Below are positions 36,900 through 49,094 of a stretch of 64,000 nucleotides of DNA, in pieces. The stretch is from NCBI GenBank assembly GCA_036172245.1, contig JAYWIR010000014.1, forward strand, positions 992,001 through 1,056,000. The letters run 5' to 3'. The DNA comes from Raillietiella orientalis (Eukaryota). Every line of letters starts with the position of its first letter. Within the stretch, counting starts at the first letter, position 1. The notes beneath the pieces were generated by a model. The model was not told the DNA's origin. It saw only the letters and a program-made list of their open reading frames with translations, and searched no databases. Made by a program: the position numbers and the translations under genes.

Positions 36900-37700
36900 C
36901 TGTCGAGACGCAAGCGGGGAACCAGGGGTATCAGCGCGATTCCTCTCGGAAGGGGGGGGGGAGAAGGGGCAACAAGTCCGTCCGGAGCCCTGCGCTCAAA
37001 CACATGCCATTGGGGTAGTGGCCGCGTCGGCCAGCCGGGTTGCACCATCCTCTCACCGAGATCGCGGGCCTCGATTGGGAGAGAACAGGAAGAGAGGGAA
37101 TGGGTCTTTCTCACAAGGATTGAGATATAGGCGTCATTTTGTCCTAATTCCTAGTTTGTACTGTTTCGCCGCCTCTTCCACGAGGGGTAACGAAGGACTT
37201 GGATGGTGGCCACATCTTCCGGCAATTTTGGTGATTGTCTCTGCTCTCGCGAGCAGATTAGTGAGGTGGAGGAAGAGAGGAGATTTCTTTCCAGATTTGA
37301 CTACAACTGGGGATCGTCAGCGAGTGAGGGGCGAGTCCGCAGTTCCTGGGAGGGAACGGGGGGCACGGCACGGTCCGGTCCCGTGTGCAGCTCCTGGACG
37401 TTTTCCAGGAGTGCACTCAGGAGGAGGAAGTCTCTTGGCCAAGACTCCGCAGCGCACGATGGGAAGGGGCAGTGGAGTCCCTCGCCACGGAAGTGACCCC
37501 AAGAAACGGTTTTTCCATCTTTGGGGCGCGAGGGTCTCGCGTTTCGGACGGCTGCACCGCCCACCAGCTCTGCTGTGGTCCAGCGGCCGGTCCTCCAGTT
37601 CCTGCTGCATTGGGTGACGAACCCCGCGCTACCCCAGCCGGGAGTCATCGCCCACCCTTGACGAACAGTACCCGAGGAGAGTTCCTCACGCACCGGGGAG
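36900..37700 (+). mobile_element. Degenerate APE endonuclease fragment
   Basis: SLYCFAASSTRGNEGLGWWPHL...KRGDFF has YAP and GDFN-like motif spacing. Confidence 0.45.
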
Positions 37701-38019
37701 AGGGACGGCTCTTCCCCGAACTCGAGGCAGGGAGGCCGTTCGCTCCCGACTCCTTGGTGGGTTAGTGGGTGGCCGCTGCGGTGGAGGGCGGAAGAAAGGA
37801 GCTCGGAGTCAATTTTTGTGCCCGAGGGTGCGACGGGCCAGCGTGAGAAGTCCGATGGGGCTCCTTCATGTCCACTTCCTGGAAGCGGCCGTGGAGAGCG
37901 GGCTGACAGGAACGGACGGCGCACTAAAAGTGAGATTTCTTTCCTTCAGGGGAGGAGGTGCCACTTGACACAGTGTTCCTTTCAGCCTCAGGAGCCAAAC
38001 GGAAGCCGGAAGGAACCAA

Positions 38020-38108
38020 AAATGGGTGTAGAGGTTGGTGAGACTATTGATAAATTTCATTTTATAGTGAAATTAAAAAATTCTAAAAAGTATTTAAGTA
38101 AATGATTG
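38020..38108. other. Short, very AT-rich island of unknown, possibly foreign origin
   Basis: gagactattgataaatttcattttatagtgaaattaaaaaattctaaaaagtatttaagtaaatga lies inside GC-rich flanks. Confidence 0.4.
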
Positions 38109-39419
38109 AGGGGGGGTTGAAGGGAAAGGACGGCCAATGCCCTGCGCTGCAACGCAGCAGCACTGTGGATGCCTCTGGGTTTGGGTTACGGATGAGAAAC
38201 CCGCAGCTTCCTTTTCGCTTCCGGAGTTCTTGGGTAGGGTAGGGGGACAGTGAGACCGGCAGCTTGCCTGCTCTGCAGCTCCGAAGCGATTAACCCGTCC
38301 TTCTCACGGAAGCAGCATGAGTAGGAGGGGCATGGAGGTCCTCCAAGGACGGGGTAGGCCTTCCTTGCGGCTGTCCCTAGGATGGAATCCGTGAGACGCG
38401 GCGACCTCGGGAGGCGTCACGTGACGGTAGTCGAAAAGGTCGATGTCGTGGCCCACGGAAGGATTGGGGAGCGCGAGTGCGGGCTGCTTACCGCGCCAAG
38501 GCCGCTCGGCGTGGCGCTGCAACAGAAGTCGCGGGTTCGAGTCCGCGTAACGGAGCCACTCGCAGCAGCAAGTGCTCGTTCGCCACCGGTGCCTCCACCT
38601 TCTGGGGGTTCAGTTCCCCGGTGGCGAACCGCGGGAGCGTTCTCGCGTTCGTGGACCCCACTTAGTCTGCAGACTCTGGTGGAGGTTCTTGGAGCGAGCG
38701 CGGAGCGCGCGCACCTTCCAGCTGCTGCGCGGCAGCTTCAGGGGTGAGTCCCGGGGTTTCTCACTTCTTGTGTTTTTTTTTCTTTACTTTCTTTCTTTTC
38801 GCTGCTGCTGCCTCTGTCTTCTCCCTTTCTCTTCCCCCAGGCTCGGGAGGAGCACAGCCTTGTCAAGAGTGAGCTGCGCGCGCACCAGCCGTTGTCTTCT
38901 GCCCTTCGAGGCACAGGTTCGCCGGCAGTTCTTTTTTGTTTCCCTTCGCCGGCCACGGATCAAACCGACTGAGAGGATTCCGGAGTGCGCCCGCTGATTC
39001 CCTCGTAAGGCTAGAGGCTCCTACGGGAGAAAGGAGCGTTCCACAAGAAGGGAGCGACGAAACTGCTCTTGCCCTTTTTTCCCTCAGGAGGAGAAGAGGC
39101 ACCAAGGAGGAAAGCGGGATGGTGGCTGGGATCCGAGATCTTTCATCCCGGACGGAGGCCGTTCGCATAAAGTAGATAAATGAGAGGAGCCGAAGAAGGA
39201 AAGAAAGGGGGGACGGGGGTTCACATCGTGCCCCTGACCGAGTGAATTCAAAAGGGGGGTGGTCCTCATGTGCTGGGGAGGAACGTGGACGGGGAGCAGG
39301 TTGGTCTTCCGACTCTAGTCACCCCGAGGGCCAGAGCCGGGAAGAGCAGGAAAGGGAGGACCCTTTCAGAGGCTCTGGGTTCCCTTCTACCAAGAAGTCC
39401 CTACCTTCAACTGCCTTTT

Positions 39420-39680
39420 CGCGCAAGTTGGGGTCGCGGGGGATCAGAGATCGAAGAATGGAGGATGCACCGCTGTGGCGCGTCCCTCCTCGCGGCGTTC
39501 AAAGGGGAGATGACGGAGGGCTGGAACGGCCCCACAAAAGGGCAGGTTGCCACCCATTCGACGTCCAGGAGCCTCCACAGGAGAATACTAGGAGGAAAGT
39601 GGAGGTGGTCCAGGATCGGACGGAGTGAGAGCTCCCCAGGCGCGGAGCACGCATTGTTGTGCATCCACGGACGGGTGAGG
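39420..39680 (-). mobile_element. Close inverted homologue of the APE C-terminal segment at about 34050-34320
   Basis: The peptide HNNACSA.GELSLRPILDHLHFPPS.L...LDVEWVATCP.VGPFQPSVISPLNAARRD is shared, with a short deletion here. Confidence 0.9.
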
Positions 39681-40120
39681 AGGAAACGCATTTCGCAGAT
39701 CTTGCCTCCCTCTCCCCATTCTCACCCAGATGCAAAGCCTCTTGAAGCTTTGTAACGACCCTCGCTGCAGTGCGGAGCTCTCCTGGCCACCTCCAAGCAG
39801 CGTCGGGGTGGCGCTACGCGACTCCCCGAGAAAGGGGAGACATCGTCCCCGTTGAGAAGTGAGATCGGCGGGTGGGGGCAGGGTGGCAAGGATCGAGAGC
39901 CAGAGGACTGCAGCCCAGCGACCTTTGCTTCTCGGATTTTTTTTCATTGCTGCCTGCGGGACATCTCCTGCCTGATGTCACTGCAGACCTCTGGACCCAA
40001 CCTCGTGGCACATTTCCCAGCATCCCTCTCTGTGGAGCTTCCGTCGCAACTTCATTTCTCCTCGGCGCGTGTATGCACATCCACTTCGAGACCCCCCTCC
40101 AATCCCAGGTTGGCAGCCAG

Positions 40121-41076
40121 CTGTATGGGATGAACACAAATGAAGTTCAAATGGCGCCGGAAGGGCCGGCCCGAAACCAAGGCGGCAAAACCTGGGGGCG
40201 GACCCGAGAAGCAAGTGCGGGCAGGGCGGTCAATGGAGAAATCACGAATAGGGAGAGCGGGATGAATCGGTATCTCGGAGGAGGAGGGAGGGGGAGGATG
40301 AAGCACACAAGCGTGGAGGGAGAGAATGGGGAAGGAAACGCTGCTGCCGCTGGGGTTTCCGGCCAGTATGCCCGCAATCGCCCTTGGCCGCCTTCGCGTT
40401 TCGCGTCCCGGGCCGGGGGCCACTCCACCGCGCGCGGCACGCAAGCGACGGCAGCTCCGGGAGCGAGGAGGCGGCCGTGTCCCTCCTCCGGCCGGGCGAC
40501 CCCCGACGTGGTAGGAGGCAAACCCAGCGCGGCAAGGTGGGTGTAGGGGGACTCATGGGGCAACTGGGGCGCCCCCTGCGACGCGCGTCCAGCGCTGGCT
40601 GCTTCACGCAGCCTCTGAAGCATCCCAACTCGAAAGGATCCCTGGGGATCCTTCCCGCAGACTAGTGGCAGCGTCCCTCTTCCGGAGATGGGAGGTAAGG
40701 GGGGCAGGACACCTCCGGCAAGATGGGAGCGCTCCCTCAGGGCGGAGGCGTCCGCCGGGATGCCGAGGTCGACCCGCCTCCGTGGATCCATGGGCGTGGT
40801 AGGCTGGCAGGCTGCCCCATCATGCTGCTGCAGGAGGATCCTTTCCTTCCCCTCATCCCTTCCCCCAGGAGGGTGGGGTCCTGCGGTGCGGCCCCTCGAA
40901 CGGTTCCGCGATGCGCCCCGTGAAGCAGAAGATTCCGGAGCGGCCCTGTGGAAAACGCAGGCGCTCGAGAACGGTGATGACCGCCGTGAGGCCCTATGTC
41001 CCGAGCTCATTTCTTTCTTCGGTTTTTGATCCTCTGTTCCTTGCCCCTGCTCCCTCAGCGAGATCGAAGTCCTATT
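40121..41076 (+). repeat. About 956-bp direct repeat, copy 2 (copy 1 at 4806-5761)
   Basis: Near-identical to 4806-5761 at a constant offset of 35315. Confidence 0.97.
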
Positions 41077-42699
41077 GTCGAGGGAACTTTCCGCCACGCC
41101 CCTTAGGATGAGATGGGTCGCTGTCAACGAGTCTGAGGTCCTTGCAACTGCCGTGCAGCGGGAGCTGGGCGCCACCGCCTGCGGTGGCTCCATTTCTTGA
41201 TTCAGGTTCCCCGGGAACGTGCATATGGGGTGAGAGGAAGGAAGGAATGAGAGGCCACTCTTCCGTGGCTGCAGCCCATCCCGAAAAGCCGCCGAGTCCC
41301 ACTCGTGGGGACCTGGAAAGGCAGCACGGCGTGGCTACGGGGTGCCTGCGCGGGTATCAGCGTGCGAGCACCTCCGCGGCGGCCTCCCCATTCTGGTCTC
41401 CCCCAACGTCGTCCGCCTGCATAAAAAGCAGTCAGCCTCTTCGGCAGGACAGAAGAGGCTGACTGCTTCTTGAGGTCGCCGTAATCGCGCCTCCCTTTCG
41501 TTCAGCGGCGGCGATACTGCCCGTGAGCAAGGAAGCAGGGGGAGGGAGAACCCGGAAGACGCTGTGGGCAAAACCGCGCGTCAGCCCGCAGCCTCTCCCT
41601 CTTCCCTACCCGGCGCCATCAAAGTTCTGAGTGCTTCCTGACCCATGTACCTTTCCCCGAATTGTTTCCTCGCTGTCATCACCCCTCCTCCCCTCCCCAT
41701 GTCCGTACGATGTTTGCTTTCTTGCTCAGGGTACCACTGCCCTCCGCGCAAGAAGATGCCTCGTGCCTGCACCCTCCCTCTGCTGTCATGGACGGGACGA
41801 AAAGAAAGGGAGAGAGGGGAAGGGGGGTGCTGTGGCTCCATCTGCGGCGACCTCCCAGAAGAGATTGAGAGACATCTCTAAGGCTGGAAAAGGAAGAAGA
41901 GGAGGAAAAAGGAGGGGAGGAGGGGGAGAGAAACAAAAATGGCGGCTTTGCGTTCTTCCGCATTGCTGGAAAAAATGAAAAAAGAAGAAAAGCAAAAAAA
42001 ACAAACGTCCCAGCCCTCCTGGGATGGATGCGGAGGCAGCTGTTCCTCCGGGAATACCACCTTGGGAACAGACGGCTTGGCTCGTCCGGGAGGGAAACGT
42101 GTTTCTTCCCTCCCTGCCTCCCCCTCCCCTCCCTCTCGAAATGTGGAGCGAAAAGTAGGCGTGCCGGAAGCCCACGAGCACCTGCGTCTCCTTGCGAAGA
42201 CAAAAGACGAGCGCGCGTGCGCACTGCCGCCCGCCGCGGAGCGAGATCAAGTCCTTCCTTCTCCTCTTCCCGTCGCAGGCCGCTCGCGGCTCTGTTTCCG
42301 CCGTTCGGGGTCACCCGAGCGCGCGCGCTCCCCACCTCTCCTCTCCGCAGCCGGTGACGGTAGCGGAGGCGTCCCGCGGTCGGAGGGGCGATCCGGGAAA
42401 GGCGCGAACGCTGTTTCAAGTGCGCCACCAAGCGCGGGTGCCAGCGCACACCGTCTGGTCCCTTCGTGGTCGCTACGAGAGACCAGGGAAAGCAGCAGGA
42501 ATGGCCGCATTCCACCCACCCCCTATCCAGGAAAACATCCCTTTCCTGCCTTCCTAGGCTGGCGCGAAGGACAGCTCCGCTCGTCCCGAACGTCCTGTAC
42601 TCCAGCGTCCCGCGAATTACGGGTGCCTCTTTCCCCCCTTCGTCCTCTTTGTCTTCCCCTAGGACGAATGGCTCGCGCGGAGCCGGCGCTTTCCGCCTG

Positions 42700-43400
42700 A
42701 CCCTGTGCGCCGCTCCATCTTGCCCTATCTCCTCGCCTCTCCGCGGCCGATGAGACGCGGACTCTTGGACGCATCCATCATTCCGGGAACGCCGTCTACC
42801 CGAGCGGGTGAGCCGTCTCACAGTGGGGCGAAGGCACGTGCGGGTGACGTCCGCGCAGCGCGGGGAACCCGCGGCGGCCCGCGATGTGTCCCTGGCTCCC
42901 AAAGGGGCCCACTCGGGCCTCTGACTGCGCGCCGCATCGAGTGCTCTGGCTCAGAAGGCACAGGGAAGGATCCCGCTCATCCCCTCAGACGTCTCCGAAG
43001 CAACGGAGGCTCCCGACCAACCCCTTTCCCCTTTGCTTGTGTCGGTCCCGCGGCGATCTGCTGGAGTCTCAGGAGCTGGCGGATTCCACCCCATCTTTGG
43101 GTCATTTTCAACCCTGCAGCTGCAGCAGCAGCAGCATCAGAGTGCGCTTACAGCGGACGGCCACGCGAGACTGAAAGCCGCAGGGCGTGTCCTCAGTCAC
43201 GTTTCGTCCCGCTGCCAGCGGGAAGCCACCCGGAGCGGCTTCTCGAGCCACCCGGCACGCCACGAATGGCGCATGACCGGGGAACATCCCTCCCGCCTTC
43301 CCTGAACGCGCAACTCCGTCCCGGTCGCGTTCGCGGACGGGGAGGTCACGGAGAACAAGGTGGAACGAGAGGCGCTTATGCAACGCCGCCGCGGGAAGCA
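42700..43400 (+). mobile_element. Degenerate APE-like fragment
   Basis: Weak motifs (PHLWVIFN / LGHFQ; LNAQLRPGRV) in APE order. Confidence 0.3.
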
Positions 43401-43789
43401 GCGCCCAGCGACCCGCAGGCTGACAGCGTCCGCGCCGCGCCTGGGCACCTCGAGATGCTGCGCCGTGGAGCCGGAGGAGGGGACCCTCGCTTTCCGACCG
43501 CCCCAGGGAGAAGGAACAGGAGCCTCGAAGCCGGCCTCTCCCAGCCCTGCGCCGCACTCCAGGGGCACCCGGAAGTCGGAAGGCGGCGGGCTGGATTGCC
43601 ACACGCTCCTCCGCTGTTTCGTCAACTCCGCCCGCTCCTGGGGATGGAGCACGCATGAGGGGAGATCAGCGCGACGCGAACCGTCGCCCGGGTTACGAAA
43701 GCGCCACGCTGCTGGGAACGGAGCTGGGATCACTCCTCGTCCCCACCCGCAGTTCTCTCTCGCGCGCATCCCATCTTCGGGCGCAAATT

Positions 43790-45470
43790 TCGTGCTCTCG
43801 CGTTAATTAAAGGGCGCGCGCGCCCCATCCGTCGCGCGATCCACCACTTCGTTCGGCGGAATTTGCGCACCCACACGGCGGGACGCTCCTCCCGCGAAGC
43901 GCGTCCGCCCTCGACGCGATCCTCCGCTCCCCCCCGAGTACGACGCTCGGCGTGAGTCGGGGAAACCGTGGAGCCCGGAGGACGACGGAAGCAGCGAAAG
44001 GCAGATCCCGAGGAAGCGCTCGCTTTTGCGTTGCGTAAAGATCCGATTACTGGTGCGCTGGGAGGAGGAGGAGGAGCGGCAAAAACGAATGCTGTTCCCC
44101 TCCCCCCTCCGAGTCGGGAGGCAGCGAACGTGCCGTCACAAGAAGAACGCACGTGTGCCCGTCACATCAGCATGCGTCAGTAATTTCGCTGCTGTTTGGA
44201 AACTCGTGTCGAGGCAAAACGCCGTCGCAGTTTAATATGCAAGCTCTTAAGGACTCCCCGCATCCTTTCGTAGCGTAGCTACCTCCGTTACCCTCCCTCT
44301 CTTTCCCTGGAAAACCGAACATCTCCCCCGCCTCCTCCCTTAGAAAACGAGGAGTAGCGGCAGCTCGCGCGAGCGAGCGGGTAGAGCAGGTCGAAATGAA
44401 CGCAGGAAATAAAACGCGAGCGCGCATTTCTTCCCGTCGCCGTTATTCGTCAACATGAAAGTCAAAGAGCGCTTTTTCCTCCTTTGCTGTCTCCCTCTCT
44501 CCTCCGCGTTAATTTTTGATTGCGCATCAATTATGCTTGCGTTAACATAAATGCGCCCGTTTCCAGGCATCCCACTGTAAATCTTCCGAATCTTTGCCGA
44601 CGCAGCTTTCCCACACGCTGCTTTCCGATCCGCGCTCAAAGCGTGCGCATGCCGAGCTGCGCTCGCTTGCGCAACCTGAACTTCTCTCCCCCGTCCACGT
44701 GAATGCGAAACGCGTTCTCCTCGAAGGCGCAGGCAGGTAGATAACGTGCCCGAGCTGCTGCTTCCAGAGAGCAGCAACTTTATTTTTTATTTCTAAAAGG
44801 AAAAAAAAAAAAAGAACAGAAACAGTTCCCTCCCACGCGCCGAGAGAAAAGCAGCACACAACACTCACTGGAGAAAAACCTCCGCGGTTCGCGCGCCGTC
44901 GTCACGGAAACGAGAGGCGCGGAACGCGCGTGGGACTGTTGCTTCTGCCATCGCTCTTGTTTACCCGCCGTCGTTCGCGTTCGCGAACGAGGGCAGCAGC
45001 GGAGAGCGAGAGGGCCGCTACCCCCTCGACCGTGCACGGAGGTGCGACCTACTGGGCAGTCGCCCGCTCGCCCCTCACCGAGTCATGCGGCGGAGGGACC
45101 CAACGCGAAATTCGAAAAAGTTCAAGGACGGCGTTTTTGCGCACGAGCGAGGAACTGGAACACAATGGGGCTCGCTAAACGATTTCAGTCCAGAGATCAA
45201 ACCTGCAAGCGGCAAACAATGGCGGCTGGTGCGCGTTGCCATGGGAAAAGCGGGGGGGCGGGGGGGAGAAGAGAGAGAGAGAGAGCGAAATAAAAACGAA
45301 AGCAGAAGCTCGGTGCTTGAAAACATTCTGAAGAACCGGCGTTTCCTGCGTTGGGAAAGCGCGTGCGCGAGCGTGCGCGCTCACGAGCCAAGGCGGTCGG
45401 AGGAGCTGGTCGGATGCGGAGGGCGCGCGAGAGTCGTAGTCCGTGAAACCTCACCGTTTCTTCTTTCCGC
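43790..45470. promoter_or_regulatory. CpG-rich unique island, candidate host promoter/enhancer with a possible minus-strand non-coding first exon (about 44938-44869)
   Basis: Dense CGCG, TTAATTAA and TAAT/ATTA motifs. On the minus strand, Inr-like ACAGTC near 44938 is followed by a GTGAGT donor at 44868-44863. No TE motifs were recognised. Confidence 0.3.
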
Positions 45471-46167
45471 CTGGGTCACAACTGCTGCTCGACTCCCCTC
45501 CCCCCTCCCTCCTTCTCACCCGTTCCCCTTGCCTTTCTCTGCCACCGGATGCAGTCGGCGGCGGCGGTTCCGCTTGAGTGGAACCACTACCGCCTCGCCC
45601 CCTCCCACCTGCAGGTATTCTATCCCCTCCCTCCTCCCCTCACGCGCCCTGCGAAAAGATCGACCACGGTGGCTCGGCCATCGCTACAGGACGAGAAACG
45701 GCGCCCGCGATTTGCGCTCGCCGACGGCGGCAGAAGCGGCGGTCCACCGCGTCGCCACGGCGACGGCCGCTGCTTTCGAAGCGTCCTCCAGACCGGCGCG
45801 GTCTCCCCGGACGATCGATGGCGCCCCTCGGGTTGGCTGCTGCTATCAGCGGGGTCTCGACCAGGAGGAGGGTCGTGCGGGGAGGGTCGTTCCCGTGCGC
45901 TGCCACCTCACAGGGTCCTCTCAGGAGGGAGCGGAGGGATCCGCCCCTCTGTCCTTGCCCTGTGTCTCCCGCGGATCTCGGACGACTCGATCCTTCCCCA
46001 GGATCTCCTTCCCACCCCGCGGGCGAGCTTGGGCCGGGCGAACCGCGTTCCGGCAGCGGCAGGCGAGGAGTCACCAGAGGACATCGCCTCTCCCCTCTCT
46101 TCGTTCTTTTTTCCAAGAGTAAGGGGAGCCCTGTCCCTGCCCACTTCGCTTCTCTGGGCGGTCTCCG

Positions 46168-46670
46168 TTTTCACCCGGTCAAGCCGGGGCGTTTATTTAA
46201 AAACTAACAGTATTTGCGGTACAAGGCCCCGCTGCGGCCAATAGTTCTATGGAGCTGTCTGGTGGTCAGTGCACAGACCGACATAACACTCCACGTCAAC
46301 GGATGGGGTTAGGGAAAAAACAAAAATAAAAAAAATAAAAAGTAGAAACACTGGTCATTGGGAGGGCCGGGAAGGGATCACTGTCCGTTTTGTGGAGCTT
46401 CCATCCTTTGCAGGATGCCGACGAGGTCCTTCGGTCGGTTTCCGGGGCAACGCAACCGCGCTCGTCTCCTGGCGACAAACGGGGAGGAGGGGACGGAACG
46501 ATCCCGGCGATCGCGGCCGGCACGCCCCACGATGACTAAGGAAGCGGAAAGGGTCCGGAGGGGGGGGGTGAGAGAGGGATCAGAAGGAGGAAGGCAGAGC
46601 GAGGGTCCGACATCAGCTCCCAGCGGAAGGTCACCCCATCCCTTTCCCGCCCCACTGCGAGTGGGTCGCA
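46168..46670 (-). mobile_element. 3' end of a Tx1-like element (copy D)
   Basis: The ORF ends DLVGILQRMEAPQNGQ*. Then tcccttccc, a U-rich tract, hairpins and AATAAA-CGCCCCGGCTTGACCGGGTG-AAAA. Confidence 0.8.
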
Positions 46671-48108
46671 CGGAATAGGTCTCGTGCCAGGTGAAGGAGG
46701 ACGAACGGACGCGAGCGGACCTCCTCCGGGCCGCGGGCGCCTTCCGCTCCCAGACCTCGGGTGCGTCCTCACGGGGCTACCTCGGGCCCTGCCAATCAGA
46801 GCCTGAGGACGCTGCCTTTCCTCTTCCGGGAGCTGTACAAGGAGGCTGCTCCTAGAAGGTCAGTGGAGACACCTTCCTGGGTTCTGGACGCCGCTGGCGG
46901 TACCGCGACTCCCTCCCATGGGAGCATCGGTCCTCCCGCGACGTGATCCCATCCGCCCCCAGAGGGTTGGCCCCAGGGCACCAGAACAGATCCCAGGGAG
47001 AGATTTCGTGAGTAAGGACGGAAGTAGCCCCTCTCCAGCACATCCCCGCCCTCGGACCAGTCCCCGGGAGCGACACCGCTGCAGTCCCGGGGGAACTCCT
47101 CCAGTTAGGAGCTCTCCCGGAGGTCACGGTTTCCTCCCGCTGGGCGCGAGGGGGGAGCCGCAGAAGGAGAGGGCACGGAGTGAGGACAAAGGACCTCCAG
47201 AAGAGGAAGGAAAAAGAGCTCCCGCTGGAAATCGCTCCTGTCCCTCCCGGCGGGGAGAGCGCGGGTTCGAAGCTACAAGGAATCTCCTCCTTCCTTTCCC
47301 TGGTGACATCATTTTGGCCCTCAGGGAGCAACAGGAGAGGGAGGAAACCATCCTTCTATGGCTCGTTGCCCCAAGTGCTTCCAGGAATGGTCAACGTTTC
47401 TCGAGTCGCCTGGCGACTCCGTAAGCCCCGTAGGCGCTCTCCGCGTAAGGGATCTCCTGGGTGCCTCCGCAAGGAAGTGGAGCCCTAGCGGCGCCACGTA
47501 GGGCAACTGAGGGTCTTCTTCATGGGGCTCGCAGTACTCTTTCCGGCTCACGGCGGAGTCCACGTGTGGCGCCACGACGCTGTGAGGAGCAAAAGCGAAA
47601 AATGCACACGAACTCTTCCGCCCTTGCGCCATCCTTCGGTCCCACCCGTTCGACCGTTCCATCCCCGCCCACTTCATCACTCGAATCTGCAGCAGCATGA
47701 GAATTTGTTAGTGCTTTTCACCTCATTACAGTCACTTCTCGTTGGGGTTTTCGAATCCCAAGGAGCAACAGCATGGCTTGTTCGGTTGCTGTGGTTACGT
47801 AAGTCTTGCTCCGACCAAGCTTTGTTTGTACTCGTAGCCAGAGCATAGCTGGACATTATTGCCCAATCGAAATTTCTTTCGTTTTTCCAGCATGGCCGCC
47901 TCCTTTGCGCTGAATTCTTGTTTTTGCTTCTCAGGGTGTGTCGCCTTGCTTTTGGATTTCCGTCTTCTCCGCTTGCGCTCGATATTTCGTGCCCTCTGCG
48001 ATGATGACAGGTGAATCGGTTTGCTTGGATATCCGTTTCTTGAAAAGGGGGGGAGGGGGGATTGTCTTGCAAACAGCTCCCGGAAACGAAAGTGGCTTCT
48101 TCGTTCTG

Positions 48109-48139
48109 CACGTGACGTCACCGTCCAACAATGGCCAAT
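48109..48139. promoter_or_regulatory. Overlapping E-box and CRE palindrome plus a CCAAT box
   Basis: CACGTG (48109-48114) overlaps TGACGTCA (48113-48120), with CCAAT at 48135-48139, in a TE-free island. Confidence 0.3.
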
Positions 48140-49094
48140 TTAGCTTTAGCTTGCTGCTCGGTTACATGCGGCTGACGGTTCCTCCCGTTTGGCGCGAAAC
48201 GGAGAAGACCTGAGAACGGATCTCTCCTGGCGCACGAGAGCCCGAAAGTTGACGCAGCTTCCGGCCGCGAGCGGAGCGTGTGCTGAGCCCAAGCTGATCC
48301 GAGCAGATCAGGACTTTCACTTTCCGACTTGCATTTCTCCTTTTTTCGGCAATCTGCTTCTCGTTCCCATTACCTGTCTGGCAACGCCCCTCGTCCCCAT
48401 CGGTTCCCACCCGAAGGGAAAAAAAAAAAAATGCGCTCACGATTTAGGAGCGACTTCCTTATAAGTGGGGAAAGCTCTCGCCTAGCAACGCTTCCCGTCT
48501 TCCAGGGGGAGGATGTGCGAATTTGCAGTTTTGATCTCTGATGCAACGACGTTGTTCCTGTTCATGAGTGCGGAAAGGTTCACGGCTTCGAAGTCAGGCC
48601 CGAGGTGACCCTTTCAAGCCCCATCCTGTAGTCGAACACTTCCCTCCCATTTCACAGGGAGGCACCTCCTGAAGACCTCGAAGGGAAGGGTCGGGAGCAA
48701 AGCACTTTCGAATCGCCATCATTCCCTTCCTCACGCCCCTCCTCCATCCTCTCCCGGTCTCGAGAGTCCTGCCGAGGTCGAACCGGGGTCAGCCTTGGAA
48801 GGGTGCTGCAAAGAAACAGCTGCCTTCTTCCTTTCCTTCCGTTCCGCCCTCCCAACGCGACAGGACTTCTTCCCTTCCTCCCCTTTTTCCGACCCCACTT
48901 TTCTCGATTCTCCCAGCATTTCCTTCTTCCGCCCTCTTCGAATGAGCCGAGATCCCCGCCTCCGAAATCTCCCGAACTCATCTTTTCCTTGGATTCCCCT
49001 CCCGAAACGGAAGGGATCTCTCGGACTGCGCGGACAGCTGGAAAGGGAACGAAAGAAGCGCTATCACGTCCTCCCTTCCTCCTTCCTCTCCCTC

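Noticed and set aside
41679..42902. Long ORFs of 300-400 aa (also 18778-19839, 30779-31855, 40147-41193, 42705-43658, 45085-46122)
   Set aside because: Arg/Gly/Pro/Ser-rich translations with overlapping ORFs in several frames, as expected by chance in GC-rich TE debris. No coherent domain.
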